Of a stretch of DNA of 64,000 nucleotides, positions 7,529 through 17,750 are shown piece after piece. This DNA comes from Kiritimatiellia bacterium (GTDB lineage: Bacteria > Verrucomicrobiota > Kiritimatiellia > RFP12 > UBA1067), in the NCBI GenBank assembly GCA_050949565.1, contig JBMNFY010000017.1, positions 1,120,001-1,184,000 of the forward strand. The letters are read 5' to 3'. A program made the position numbers and the translations under genes. Each line of letters opens with the position of its first letter. Position 1 is the stretch's first letter. The notes below the pieces were generated by a model. It was not told where the DNA came from and ran no database searches. It saw nothing but the letters and a program-made list of their open reading frames with translations.

Positions 7529-9301
7529 ATGAAGAGATTCGTCTTGTCAGCGGTTATCGCGGCTGCGTGCGTGGTCAGCGCGGCGGATTATCCGCTTATC
7601 GTGTTCCGGCTTACCGGCAGTCCCGTCCACAACCCGGAGTTCTTTAAGGCCTCTTGTGAGGTGCACGCCAAGTATAAGGGCGCCTTTGACGAGTTCTGGT
7701 ATGGGGGCGGACAGCCGCTGTGCAAAATCGAGGTGTGCCGTGAAGACCTGAAGAAGATGGCCGTGATGAGACCTTGGATCGAGAAGGCGGGGATGCAGCT
7801 TTCGTTCCAGCAGGGACTCACCACCGGCCATGACTATGTGTACGTGGGCGTGCCCGGAACACAGGCTGCCGCCGGTGTCTATGCCCGTGAAGAGGCGGAG
7901 CCGTTCCCGGATGATGCTTGGATGGTACGGAAGAATGGTGAGAAGACGACAGAGCGCTGCCTCTGTCCGCGTTCGCCCGCTGTGCTCGATTACGCATACC
8001 GCTTCGTCAAGGCTACGCTGGAAGAGTTGCGGCCCGTCACATATTGGCTGGATGACGACCTGAGGCTCGGCGTCGGCAAGGTGGGCTGTTTTTGTCCGCG
8101 CTGTCTCGCGGCATTCAATCAGAAGGCGGGTACAACGCTCACGCGCGACGAACTTGTGAAGCGGCTTTTCGAAGGCGCGGAGTTTGATCCGATCCGATTA
8201 GAATGGATCACGTTCAACGAGGAGTCGCTCGCGCTGTACGGAAAGGCAGCGCGGAAGGCGGCGGACGAGGTGATGCCGAAGTGTCGGCTCGCCTTGCAGA
8301 CGGTGAGCGCGGATTGTACCCTGAACGGGCGTGACTACGGTCCGATTCTGCGCGAACTCTCCGCGAACGGGCGCGTGCCGTCGGGTGTACGACCGGGGCA
8401 CGGTTGCTATCGCGAAGACCAGCCGTTTGATTTCCTTAAGAAAGCGCTGTGGTGTACCCGTGAAGCTGAACGCAGTCGGCGTCTCGGTCGTCTTTGCGGA
8501 ACGGTCTGCTACGAAGAAGAGACCTATCCGCGGCGGGTGATGCACAAATCGCCGAATGCGATCGTCACCGAAGCGGCACTCGCGATCGCCAGCGGATGCG
8601 ACACGGTGTCGTTCTATTGGGCGGACGGCGAGAGGCCGGAACGGATCGAGGATTACGAACGCTTCGTGAGGGCGATTGCCCGCGCGCGCGGTTACTTCGA
8701 GCGGCTTTCGGCATCGACCCTGCGGACCTCGCTCGGTGGTGTCGCGCGCTGCCTCGGATCGAAGGCGTTTGAGCAGAGCGGCTTTTCGCTGAGCGATGAT
8801 GCCGACTTGGCGTTGGCACGGTGCGGCATTCCGGTGACGGTGGCCGAGGCGACAACGAAACACAAGGTCTGGTACACGACCGACCGGTCGCGCAAAGCGA
8901 TGACAGAAGCAGACTTCGCAAAGGTCAAGGCGGAGGGGTTTGTTGAGTTGATCCCCGAGACGCACCCGCTCGTTTCAACACGGCAGCGGTGGCTTGATGA
9001 GATCGACCGAGTAAGCGGCGGGCGCTTCCCGGTGCGTATCGACTTGCCCCATGCCATGCGTGTCCTGCCGCGCATTGATGCAGAAGGCAAAACCGACTCC
9101 GTGACGTTACTCAACCTCTCCATCGGCGATACAGACGCGTTCACGGTAAAGATCCGCAACCCGCGCGGGCTCAAGCCGGTGCTGGCTTCTCCGCAACACC
9201 CGGACGTACCTCTTGAGAGCGTCCACGACGCATCGCGTGACGAGCTTCAGGTGACCCTCCCCGGTATCGCCGGGTGGCAGATCTGCACAATCTTTCTTTG
9301 A
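7529..9301 (+). CDS. secreted hypothetical glycoside hydrolase-like (TIM barrel) protein
   Basis: Signal peptide MKRFVLSAVIAAACVVSA; CPRSP, YWLDDDLR and GCFCPRCL motifs of GH42-like Zn-binding type; AAGGAG RBS. Confidence 0.6.
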   Translation: MKRFVLSAVIAAACVVSAADYPLIVFRLTGSPVHNPEFFKASCEVHAKYKGAFDEFWYGGGQPLCKIEVCREDLKKMAVMRPWIEKAGMQLSFQQGLTTGHDYVYVGVPGTQAAAGVYAREEAEPFPDDAWMVRKNGEKTTERCLCPRSPAVLDYAYRFVKATLEELRPVTYWLDDDLRLGVGKVGCFCPRCLAAFNQKAGTTLTRDELVKRLFEGAEFDPIRLEWITFNEESLALYGKAARKAADEVMPKCRLALQTVSADCTLNGRDYGPILRELSANGRVPSGVRPGHGCYREDQPFDFLKKALWCTREAERSRRLGRLCGTVCYEEETYPRRVMHKSPNAIVTEAALAIASGCDTVSFYWADGERPERIEDYERFVRAIARARGYFERLSASTLRTSLGGVARCLGSKAFEQSGFSLSDDADLALARCGIPVTVAEATTKHKVWYTTDRSRKAMTEADFAKVKAEGFVELIPETHPLVSTRQRWLDEIDRVSGGRFPVRIDLPHAMRVLPRIDAEGKTDSVTLLNLSIGDTDAFTVKIRNPRGLKPVLASPQHPDVPLESVHDASRDELQVTLPGIAGWQICTIFL

Positions 9302-9331
9302 GTCTTCCGCGCGTTGCGCGGAAGACTCTTT
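9300..9331. terminator. hairpin terminator between convergent genes
   Basis: GAGTCTTCCGCGC-GTT-GCGCGGAAGACTC perfect 13-bp stem plus TTT. Confidence 0.7.
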
Positions 9332-9332
9332 G

Positions 9333-12300
9333 CTACTCGCTCCAGTACTTCTGGCGGCGGGGTTCGGCGATGTTCGGGATAAAGCCGGTCAGCGGCACAG
9401 GCGGCTGACGTAGCTTTTCCCGGATTTCATTCAACTCCAGCCATGCGAATGCAGCGCGCTTGTTGCAGGCGTATTCGTAACGCTGCCGGTACCAGTCGTT
9501 CCAGTCGTGACGCTCCACGTACGAGCCGCAGAACGGCACGGCAAGGTCGATCCAGCAGGCGAGTGTGCGCAGTTCAGCGTCCGTCAGCCGCACCTTGCCG
9601 TGTCCCTTCGCGAGCATCTGCCACACAGAACTCCTCGCTGCGCCGAATGAGTAAGGCGGCTTGAAGGGCGCGAACCCAAGGCCATGCGCGAAGTTGATCT
9701 TTTCGTTGCACTGGCCTTTGTACGTGAGCGCCAGATAGGCGGTTGAGTATTTGCGTTTCGACTGGTCATCCGAAGGCGGCAACTGACCGCGCGTGCCGCG
9801 CAGGTCCATCTCCGACGGAGCCTTGTCGCCGGAACCATCATGACAGGCAATGCACTTCGCATCGAGGATCGGCTGGATCAGGCGTGTGAAACTGAAGCCG
9901 TCGTTCTGCTCCGTATCCACCACCGCCTTGGTCCGGTTGAGCCCCATCCAGTTGTCCAGACTCGCCAGCGGACCCTCCTTCTCCAGTGCCGTGAGGAATG
10001 GGTGCGCGTCACCGCCGGGCAGGACAGGCTTCAGTGTCTGCGGCGCGCGCCGCAGAGCGATCGCCTGCGCGGAGTCGACGCCCGCCTGATGCGGATGTTC
10101 GTGGCAGCCGACGCAACCGTTGATCTCGCCGGGTTGCAGCGTGGACCAGCTCCGCATCGTCTGGATGCCGCAGCCGTCCTCATCGATGAGCTGGAAGTAG
10201 AGCGGCGTGCGCGCTGGAGCCCTAAAGCTGCAACTGCCATCGGCCTCCACGTCCGCCTCGCCGAGGACGTGTTTCACGTCGTACGCGCCGTTGCCTACGG
10301 CGATGGGTGTGCCGATCTTGCCCTGCGTGGAGTGCCAGCCGTACTGCCAGTTCCAGCCGATGTGGACGGGACGGTATTCGAGGCCGATCACGCGTACTTT
10401 CTTGACGCAGCCTGTTGGCGCGCCCGCCATGGCCGCGCCCTCGTAAACGTTCTGCACATAGTAGGTGCCGAAACCCTGCGAATAATCGATGTCCGCCAAG
10501 CGCCGCGCTGGCGGCACACGCTTTTTGACGGGGATCGGCTGCATGCAATGCTGGCCCCAGTCGAAGGCGAGCAATTCGCGGCGGCCTGTCTCGTCCATCG
10601 CGTAGACGCCAAAGCGCGAGGAGTACGGCCCCCGGTAGTAGCGGCATCCCTCCGGCATGAATGAGACGAGAAAGCGTCCGCCGCCGAGCGGGAACGGATA
10701 CGCCCACTGCGGACCGAACTGCGTGTGTACGTCAAACACGTTGTAGTGGTAGTCGCGCGGCATTCTGACAGGCTGCACGCCGGGGCTGGCATCCATTGCC
10801 GCGCCGGCCACGTAGTACATGCCCGGCATGTTGGGAACGGCGGGTCCGCTGGGATTGTCCCACTGCGACCACGGAATGATCATCTTGCGGTTGCCGGGAA
10901 AGTACATCACGACAGGGTTCGTGTTCATGCCCCACACGCACTTCGCGGGGTCGTAGGTGGAGTTCGCGTAGTCATCGGCTTCGGCGAGGAGTGCCTTTGC
11001 CAGACGGCCTTTCTGCGCCACATGGTGTCCGCAGGAGAGCATCATGATGTCGCGCGTGCCGGGGATGCCGCGCGTGTGCATGAGCGAGAAGGGAAACTCG
11101 CTGTTGTTCGCGAAGAGGCCGGTCTGCCGCGTGCCGTCCGGGTTCATCGCGAAGAGCTGCTGCAAGCCGGACGCACTGCGGTCGTTGTACTCCCAGCGCG
11201 TGTAGCATACGCGGCCGTCTTCCAGCAACTGCGGATAGAAGGTCTGCACTTGGTCAAATCCCAGACGGCGGATGTTCTTGCCGTCCGCATCGCAGCGGAA
11301 AAGGTTAGAGACCGGTAGCGGCCAACAGTCTACCGAGTGGCCGCAGCGCGTGGACTGGAAGACGATCGAGCCGTCCGGCAACCAGCACGGTTCAATGTCG
11401 CTGCATGGCATATCGAAGTCGGCGGTTTGCCCCTTCACGGCTTCCTTTTTGAGCAGGCCGTTGAACGTGAGTTGCTTCAGTTCGCGCGTCTCCAGATTCA
11501 GCGTCCAGAGGTGGTAGTCGTCTTTTTCGAGGCTGCGCCGCTTCGCGAACACCAGCATCTTTGCGTCAAATGAAAGGTCCGGGTCGCGGATGATGCCGTC
11601 GGGCTCTTCCAGCAGCACCTCCTGTGAAACGGAGCCGTCCTCCGCGAGCGTGGCCAGAATCAGTTGCGAGGTGCCGAAACGGTAGTCGGGCACGCTGCGC
11701 CACTCTTGGTACGACGCATCCGACAAGTCATCCGTCGCGTGCATGATGGAGTTGCCCATCACGATGTGTTTGACGTAGACGAACTGCGTGAATTCCTTGC
11801 GGAACGCCGCGAGAAACGCCTTCCGCTCTGCCGCGCGCGCGTCGCGCCATGCCGGGTCGCGGCCGTTGTCGGTCGTGCGCATGACGGTCGAGATGTCTTC
11901 GCCCAGCGGATCAGGCCGGGTGGTGTCAGGCTCCACGTTGGCGCAATGCGAGATGTTGGAGACAGCGCAACTCTGGTACATCCAGTCACGGATGAGCCGG
12001 GCGGCGGGATAAGCCATCTTCTCATCTTGATTCGGCAACGGCAGGTCTGTCGGCTGATCCGCACCGAAGAAAGCGATTTCGGCGATTTGCACGGTGGGCG
12101 ATTTTCCCGAGAACAAGGGGTACGGGGGCGTATCGAAAAGTTTCGGCAGCATCGGCGTTGCCGCCTGCGTATATCCCGAGTAGTAGTTCGGCTTGAAGTC
12201 GTAAGTGTCCTCGATCACCATCCTGACCTTGCGGCATGTCACGGGTTTCCAAGTGGTGACATTCTCCTTGTAGGTGTGCGACGGACGGAACGCCACATGC

Positions 12301-14345
12301 TCAGCCAGCGGCGTGATCTGAGCACCCGCACCCTCGAAACGCGGCACAGCATAGAATGAAGCGGTCTTCACGCCGCAGTTGACCCACGAACGGCCGGACA
12401 TGATACGGACGCCGCCGATGTCGCGCTCCGCACCAAAATCAAAATCCACGGTAATCGGCTTTTTCTGCCAACGCCACGCGCAGGTGGGGTTGATGACGCC
12501 ATCGGTCAAACGTTCGACACCCTGCCCGGGCAGTGTCTCGCCGTCCGACACAGGCATGGCGGTTTTGACCGGCAACGTTCCCGGCGGCACGAGTTCCGTC
12601 CAATCGTACTCTTGTAGCGCACCCCACACGCCGACCGCATAGGAGTCTGCACGCGGATCGGGGTTCATCAGCATGTCGGTCCACGAGGGCGGCGCGTCGT
12701 CAAGACGGATGGATGAGAAGATCTGCGGCTCGGCCGCGAACGCATGCGCGGCGGCAATGCAGTCGGCACCCTTTGCGGTGAGCGGCACAGGCTTCCCGCC
12801 GTTCGCCTTCACGTCAGCCGCGGCTTTCCTGAGCAGCGCCTCGGCCTTCACGCCCACGCGCGAACGTCCGAGCGTCGCGAGAATCGCGGTATGGTTTTCA
12901 GCGAGCGTCCCTTCGAGCCCCTTCAGATACCACCATTTAAAATTGTGGTCGAACGCCGTTTCGTCTGTCGGCGGCAGTTCGGCGAGCGGCCGGATGCCCG
13001 CCCGCCGCCGGACGATGGCGCGCAGGTCGCGCTTGCCCGACGCACGGGCTTTAGCCAGCCGGTCCGCCTCTTCGGCGACGAGCGTGTAGATCGATTTGAA
13101 TCCCGGCAGGTCGCGTACCTGACCGCCTTTTGTCACCCATCCCTTCTCCATCGGGAACGGTAGATCCTCCGTGCCGTATTTGAAATCGCCGGGGATCTTG
13201 CGCAGTTCCGCTACGTCGAGGAACACCTTGCCGTCCTTCTTGCCACAGTACGGTGTCGTCTCGCCTTTCACATGGTAGCGGAGCCAGGCCAAAGCTGCTT
13301 GGCGTGAGGATTCGGCCCAGCCATGCGGGCCGTCGCAACTGTAGAGTGCCACGCTGTTGGACGCGCCGACACGCTTGTGGAGACCTTCGAGGACGCTGAA
13401 GGTTGAGCGCACGCCCGCGATCGGGAAGTAGTCTGCGTGGCGCGCACCGATCAGCAGGTCCACACGCGGCTGACCGAGCACAACAAGCGCGGCGTGGTTG
13501 AATCCATTCGCCAACTGTCCGTAGAAGAACTGCTCTGAATCGTGACAGCCCCGCTCGCGGATCACCTCACGTAGGGATGAGATGTAGCAGTTCGGGCAGG
13601 CCACCTTGATTCGTTCGTCGAACGCTTGGAGGTAAGCGCTCATCGTGCCGCCGCCAGAATTGCCCACCACCGCGAGCTTCGAAAGATCGAGTTCCTCGCG
13701 CGTCGCCATGTAGTCGATCGACCGCACTGCGTCCCAGAGGCGGAAGCGCGCAAAGTTCCAGCCCACCAGCCACGACCGCGCACCGATCGACGTGTGCTCC
13801 ACGGAGCAATTCTCTTGCGTGTCGTATTTCGCCGCGCATTGTCGCCGCTCACCCTGGCTGATCGGGTCTGGCGCGAACACGCCGAACCCCGCCTTCACCG
13901 CGAGAGTCGCCATACGGCGGTAGCCATCGCGCAGTTTGCCCTCGTTCGAGTGGCCGTGTACAACCAGCAGCCCCGGATACGGCGCTTTGAACTTTGGGTC
14001 GGTCGGCAGATACAGCAACCCTGTCACGTACACGCCCGGCTGTGACTGGAACACGACCTTCTCGATACGGTAGCCCTCGCACTGGATCACGCCCGTTGTG
14101 CGGTCTTCGAGCGGCGTTCGCTCCGGCAGGCCGCCGAGGCTCTCCAGCCACGTTGCACGCCACGTCCGCTGCTTCGCGGCCAGTTCCTCCGGCGTGCGGA
14201 TTGCCACCACGGCGGCGCCCGCCGCCTCGTCATAGGCGGCAACGCGGGCCATCAGCTCACTCTGCGCGGCGGACGCCGCGCAAGCGCACAACATCGCAAC
14301 TGAGACAAGAATAAACTTCATCGGACTTTTTGTTCGTGGCATCAT
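9333..14345 (-). CDS. large secreted multidomain protein: acetylxylan esterase-like alpha/beta hydrolase, discoidin-like module, HZS-alpha-like beta-propeller, two c-type heme motifs
   Basis: Signal peptide from the ATG at 14321; GNSGGG nucleophile elbow; YTRWEYNDR, DIEPCWLPDG and VEADGS..APARTPLYFQ..MRSW; CVGCH and CIACH. Confidence 0.8.
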   Translation of the reverse strand: MMPRTKSPMKFILVSVAMLCACAASAAQSELMARVAAYDEAAGAAVVAIRTPEELAAKQRTWRATWLESLGGLPERTPLEDRTTGVIQCEGYRIEKVVFQSQPGVYVTGLLYLPTDPKFKAPYPGLLVVHGHSNEGKLRDGYRRMATLAVKAGFGVFAPDPISQGERRQCAAKYDTQENCSVEHTSIGARSWLVGWNFARFRLWDAVRSIDYMATREELDLSKLAVVGNSGGGTMSAYLQAFDERIKVACPNCYISSLREVIRERGCHDSEQFFYGQLANGFNHAALVVLGQPRVDLLIGARHADYFPIAGVRSTFSVLEGLHKRVGASNSVALYSCDGPHGWAESSRQAALAWLRYHVKGETTPYCGKKDGKVFLDVAELRKIPGDFKYGTEDLPFPMEKGWVTKGGQVRDLPGFKSIYTLVAEEADRLAKARASGKRDLRAIVRRRAGIRPLAELPPTDETAFDHNFKWWYLKGLEGTLAENHTAILATLGRSRVGVKAEALLRKAAADVKANGGKPVPLTAKGADCIAAAHAFAAEPQIFSSIRLDDAPPSWTDMLMNPDPRADSYAVGVWGALQEYDWTELVPPGTLPVKTAMPVSDGETLPGQGVERLTDGVINPTCAWRWQKKPITVDFDFGAERDIGGVRIMSGRSWVNCGVKTASFYAVPRFEGAGAQITPLAEHVAFRPSHTYKENVTTWKPVTCRKVRMVIEDTYDFKPNYYSGYTQAATPMLPKLFDTPPYPLFSGKSPTVQIAEIAFFGADQPTDLPLPNQDEKMAYPAARLIRDWMYQSCAVSNISHCANVEPDTTRPDPLGEDISTVMRTTDNGRDPAWRDARAAERKAFLAAFRKEFTQFVYVKHIVMGNSIMHATDDLSDASYQEWRSVPDYRFGTSQLILATLAEDGSVSQEVLLEEPDGIIRDPDLSFDAKMLVFAKRRSLEKDDYHLWTLNLETRELKQLTFNGLLKKEAVKGQTADFDMPCSDIEPCWLPDGSIVFQSTRCGHSVDCWPLPVSNLFRCDADGKNIRRLGFDQVQTFYPQLLEDGRVCYTRWEYNDRSASGLQQLFAMNPDGTRQTGLFANNSEFPFSLMHTRGIPGTRDIMMLSCGHHVAQKGRLAKALLAEADDYANSTYDPAKCVWGMNTNPVVMYFPGNRKMIIPWSQWDNPSGPAVPNMPGMYYVAGAAMDASPGVQPVRMPRDYHYNVFDVHTQFGPQWAYPFPLGGGRFLVSFMPEGCRYYRGPYSSRFGVYAMDETGRRELLAFDWGQHCMQPIPVKKRVPPARRLADIDYSQGFGTYYVQNVYEGAAMAGAPTGCVKKVRVIGLEYRPVHIGWNWQYGWHSTQGKIGTPIAVGNGAYDVKHVLGEADVEADGSCSFRAPARTPLYFQLIDEDGCGIQTMRSWSTLQPGEINGCVGCHEHPHQAGVDSAQAIALRRAPQTLKPVLPGGDAHPFLTALEKEGPLASLDNWMGLNRTKAVVDTEQNDGFSFTRLIQPILDAKCIACHDGSGDKAPSEMDLRGTRGQLPPSDDQSKRKYSTAYLALTYKGQCNEKINFAHGLGFAPFKPPYSFGAARSSVWQMLAKGHGKVRLTDAELRTLACWIDLAVPFCGSYVERHDWNDWYRQRYEYACNKRAAFAWLELNEIREKLRQPPVPLTGFIPNIAEPRRQKYWSE

Positions 14346-14417
14346 CTTTTCAAATCGCGGATGACGCCACAGTTTGCCATTCGCGCAATTCGTGGTTTAG
14401 AGATCAGCATTCCACCA

Positions 14418-15797
14418 CTATTCTCCCGGCGGGAACCATTCCGTATCCGCCTGATCCTCCGTCAGACAGAGGCGAAAACCCTCGTCATACACCTCACCAC
14501 CATCCGCAATCTGCGGGTAACGGTAAGCCGAGCGATAGACGCGCTGCATAATCGGCCCTGTATTGCCGAAGCGGTCCGTTGTTTCGCCACCGGCATCGTA
14601 GTGCGACCCGCGTGTGACGCGGTAGAGTGTCGCGTTGTCGTACGTAGGCGTGCAACCCACCGGATCGACGAGGATGCCGTCGGCGTCCACCGCCGGATCG
14701 TCGGCGTAGACGTGTACCGCCGATTCGTCTGAACTGTTTGCTTTCCGGCCGAGGGTCGTCGTCCAATTATGCACGCACCCCACCATGTCGTAGAGGCCCC
14801 AGCGGTTCGGTCGTTTCGTTCCCAGCACGATGTTCTTTGACGCACCGGGATTACTCAGCATCGTGTAGTTGGTGACGATCGTCGGCGCCCACCAGTAGGC
14901 GTTGGTCTCGCCCGCCCGGCAGGCGTATTCCCACTGATACTCTGTGGGAAAGTCGAAGTTAAGCCCTGTCTTCGCGCGCAGGAGGCCGATGTAGGAGTTC
15001 GGCGCGACGTTTGCCGTCACAGGGAAGCAGAAACCGGAGGACAGTCTGTCCGTCCCGCGGACCATCTCGTATGTCGTTCCTCTGACGGCGTAGTTCACCC
15101 TCCCTGCGTTGTGTGGTGTCGTAAACCCGAACGCCTCCCACTGGATCACCGACACGGGAAAAACGCCCAGCCAGAAGCCGTGCGTGAGCTTCACCTCGCG
15201 CTGTTTTTCGCGGGAGAAGTCATTCTCAGACTTCCAGAGTTCATCGTCCGGCGAGCCGATCACGAACGTGTTTGTGCCTGTGAGTTCCTTCCATGCCTGC
15301 GACACTGTCGACGGGATGTAGCGGAACGGCATGAATTCGCCCTTGTAAAAGAGGGCGTTCACGCGGTTCGAGAATGCCGCCGAATACCAATTCCGTTCGC
15401 CGGTGTTTAGGTTGATGGTGAAGTAGAGTTTCTCCTGCACGTTCGTCTGGGCGACGGCCAGATAGAAGCGCAGCTTGCCGAGCGTCGAACCAGAGTAGGA
15501 GATCCCCGCATTCCAGATGAAGCGGTTCCGGCCGTGCTTCGCGAGCGGCGCGTGCAGAGAGGTTTCTGCAATCGTCACGTTGTCGAGACCGTTTGACGCC
15601 ACGACATCCATCTCCACCCACTCGCCCTCGCGCCCCGCAGGCGCCGTGAGCGTGAAGTCCACATCCACATAGTCCTGCCACGGCTGACGCGACTTCACCG
15701 TCACTTCCGAGATTGTGAAACCGCCGTTGTTCTCCAACGCCGCCGTCGATGCCAGCGCCCAGCCCGTTATCGCCAGTAAAAGGATTTCTTTTTTCAT
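14418..15797 (-). CDS. SUMF1/formylglycine-generating enzyme (FGE-sulfatase) domain protein
   Basis: Signal peptide; FDFPTEYQWEYACRAG, PNRWGLYDMVG, RVTRG, GFRL. Confidence 0.85.
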   Translation of the reverse strand: MKKEILLLAITGWALASTAALENNGGFTISEVTVKSRQPWQDYVDVDFTLTAPAGREGEWVEMDVVASNGLDNVTIAETSLHAPLAKHGRNRFIWNAGISYSGSTLGKLRFYLAVAQTNVQEKLYFTINLNTGERNWYSAAFSNRVNALFYKGEFMPFRYIPSTVSQAWKELTGTNTFVIGSPDDELWKSENDFSREKQREVKLTHGFWLGVFPVSVIQWEAFGFTTPHNAGRVNYAVRGTTYEMVRGTDRLSSGFCFPVTANVAPNSYIGLLRAKTGLNFDFPTEYQWEYACRAGETNAYWWAPTIVTNYTMLSNPGASKNIVLGTKRPNRWGLYDMVGCVHNWTTTLGRKANSSDESAVHVYADDPAVDADGILVDPVGCTPTYDNATLYRVTRGSHYDAGGETTDRFGNTGPIMQRVYRSAYRYPQIADGGEVYDEGFRLCLTEDQADTEWFPPGE

Positions 15798-15828
15798 GTT
15801 TCGCACTCCTCGCTAGAAATCAGGTGTT

Positions 15829-17097
15829 TTACGGATGATTCGTCGTCAGTGCGAACCGCGCGCCGCAGTTTTCCTTTTCGTCAGGGTTCACCGACTTCTG
15901 CGGATAGCGATACGCCGAACGCGTCACGCGGATCATCACGTTGTCTGAATTGCCGCAACCACAGTGCGTACCGCGCGTCACGCGGTAGGGCGTGGCGTAG
16001 GTCGGCGTCTGGCCTACCGGATCATCGCCTGTTGTATGCAAACAAAAGGAGGCGTCCTGTGTGTTGTCGGCACTGCGGCCGAGCGTCAGCGTCCACTGAT
16101 GGCGGCAGGCGATCATGTCGTAGAGCCCCCAGGGATTCGGCGACTTTGTACCGACTGCGGTGGTGAGCGAGGCCCAGGAACGGATGGACGCGGCGTCGGA
16201 CGCGAACACATGCGGCGTGGTGGTGCCTGCGCGGGCGGCGTACTCCCACTGCGCCTCGGTGGGGAAGTCGAAGTTGAGCCCCGTCCTCGCACGCAGCACG
16301 CCGAGCGGTTTCGCGGGATCGACAGCCGTGGTCTGCGGCCAGCAGTACGGGCCGCCGGGTGTGTCCGCGCCGCGGAGCGCCTCATAGGTACAGTGATCGG
16401 CCGACCATACGTTGTTTGTGTCGGTTCCGGCTCCGAGCCGGTTGAGTTGGCCGACCGTCGCCGGGAACACCGCCAGCCAAAAGCCCTTTGTCAGGCGTAC
16501 CTCGGCGGGTGCTTCGCGATACCTATCGCTCGCCGACTGGTAATACGCCGACTCGTCGCCCGCGCCAAGCGTGAACGAGTCCTTGCCGCTGATCGCTTGC
16601 CACTCCGCCGAGAGCGTGGAGGGAATGTATTTGAACGCCATGTACCGCGTTTTGTACGCGACCGTATTCACTTGATTGGAGAAGTCGATGTCGTAATAGG
16701 CGATATTGCCGGTATCGAGATCCACCGTCATATAACGGTAGTTGTACGGCGCGTTGGTGATGACGACATTGAAGGAGACGCCCCTCAGCGAGGCGTCCGG
16801 AAAATCAGCCGTCGGGTCCCACTGTACCGAGTGGTAGCCCTCGCCGAAGACGGCCGTGGTATTGAGCCCCGTCAGCGTTTTGGTGACGCCCTTGACTGTA
16901 GCGTCGATCCGGAATTGCGCACCGAGTGTGGATTTCGTCGCGCTCTCGGGTGCTGCCAGATAAAACTCAATGTCCACGGTTTGCGCCCACGGCCATCGTT
17001 GGGCGGCAGAAATGTCGCGGACGGTGAAGCCGCCGTCGCCGGCGGATGCGGTGAGCACCGCGAATGCGAGAAGGCCGATCATGTGAGTGATTTTCAT
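15829..17097 (-). CDS. SUMF1/FGE-sulfatase domain protein (paralog)
   Basis: Signal peptide; QRWPW, FDFPTEAQWEYAARAG, PNPWGLYDM. Confidence 0.85.
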   Translation of the reverse strand: MKITHMIGLLAFAVLTASAGDGGFTVRDISAAQRWPWAQTVDIEFYLAAPESATKSTLGAQFRIDATVKGVTKTLTGLNTTAVFGEGYHSVQWDPTADFPDASLRGVSFNVVITNAPYNYRYMTVDLDTGNIAYYDIDFSNQVNTVAYKTRYMAFKYIPSTLSAEWQAISGKDSFTLGAGDESAYYQSASDRYREAPAEVRLTKGFWLAVFPATVGQLNRLGAGTDTNNVWSADHCTYEALRGADTPGGPYCWPQTTAVDPAKPLGVLRARTGLNFDFPTEAQWEYAARAGTTTPHVFASDAASIRSWASLTTAVGTKSPNPWGLYDMIACRHQWTLTLGRSADNTQDASFCLHTTGDDPVGQTPTYATPYRVTRGTHCGCGNSDNVMIRVTRSAYRYPQKSVNPDEKENCGARFALTTNHP

Positions 17098-17125
17098 ATC
17101 ATATCTCCAGTTTGGGGAAAAGGAT

Positions 17126-17750
17126 TCAACGGATGATCACCATCGTACCGTCATCGAAGGAATCGAGCTCGGCTGATGCGTGGTGGTTGACGGCGCGATC
17201 AGTGGACCAGAAATAGAGGTCCACCGTGTATGCGGCTTTCGGTTTCGCTATCTGGTCGTAGACGAAGAGCCCCGTGCCGCGCCAAATGCTGTCCGTCGAA
17301 GCGACCTGGGTGGCGGTGTTCGTCCATACCAAGTGAGCAGACGTCGCCATATCCACAAACCAGCGCGTATCGGCCGGGATCACCAGCGGATACTCGATCG
17401 CCTTCCACGACCTAGAGCCGATCGGTCCCCGCCGCACGTCCGTGTGGCCGAACGCGCCGGCGAAGACATCGTACGTGCGGGACTTCGAGCGCGTCCCGTT
17501 GGCGTTGGCGAAGGTGAGCGTGACGACCGGCGAGCCCGTGTTCATGCCGCTGCCCACGGCGAAGAGGTCAGTCAGCACCACGTTTGTGACGGACGTATCC
17601 GACGTAGACCAGGTGCGGTCCACGCCGAGTGTCTCGCTCTTCACCGTCACGGTCACGCCGGTGGCATTCATCGGGATCCATTCCCAATCCCAATCCCAGT
17701 TCACATCAAGCGTGTTCGAGGTCAACCGCCAATAGCCGCTCGCCTGCGAT
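17126..17750 (-). CDS. 5'-truncated exported hypothetical protein ending in GTMVIIR
   Basis: Frame reads SQASGYWRLTSNTLDVNWDWDW... with no start or signal peptide; it begins where the adhesin frame loses coherence. Confidence 0.55.

Noticed and set aside
9333-12000. Anammox hydrazine synthase
   Set aside because: No hzsB/hzsC neighbours; the domain is fused to an esterase in a carbohydrate-degradation context.
14418-17097. Diversity-generating retroelement targeting the FGE/CLec domains
   Set aside because: No reverse transcriptase and no TR/VR pair with adenine-specific mismatches was seen in the window.
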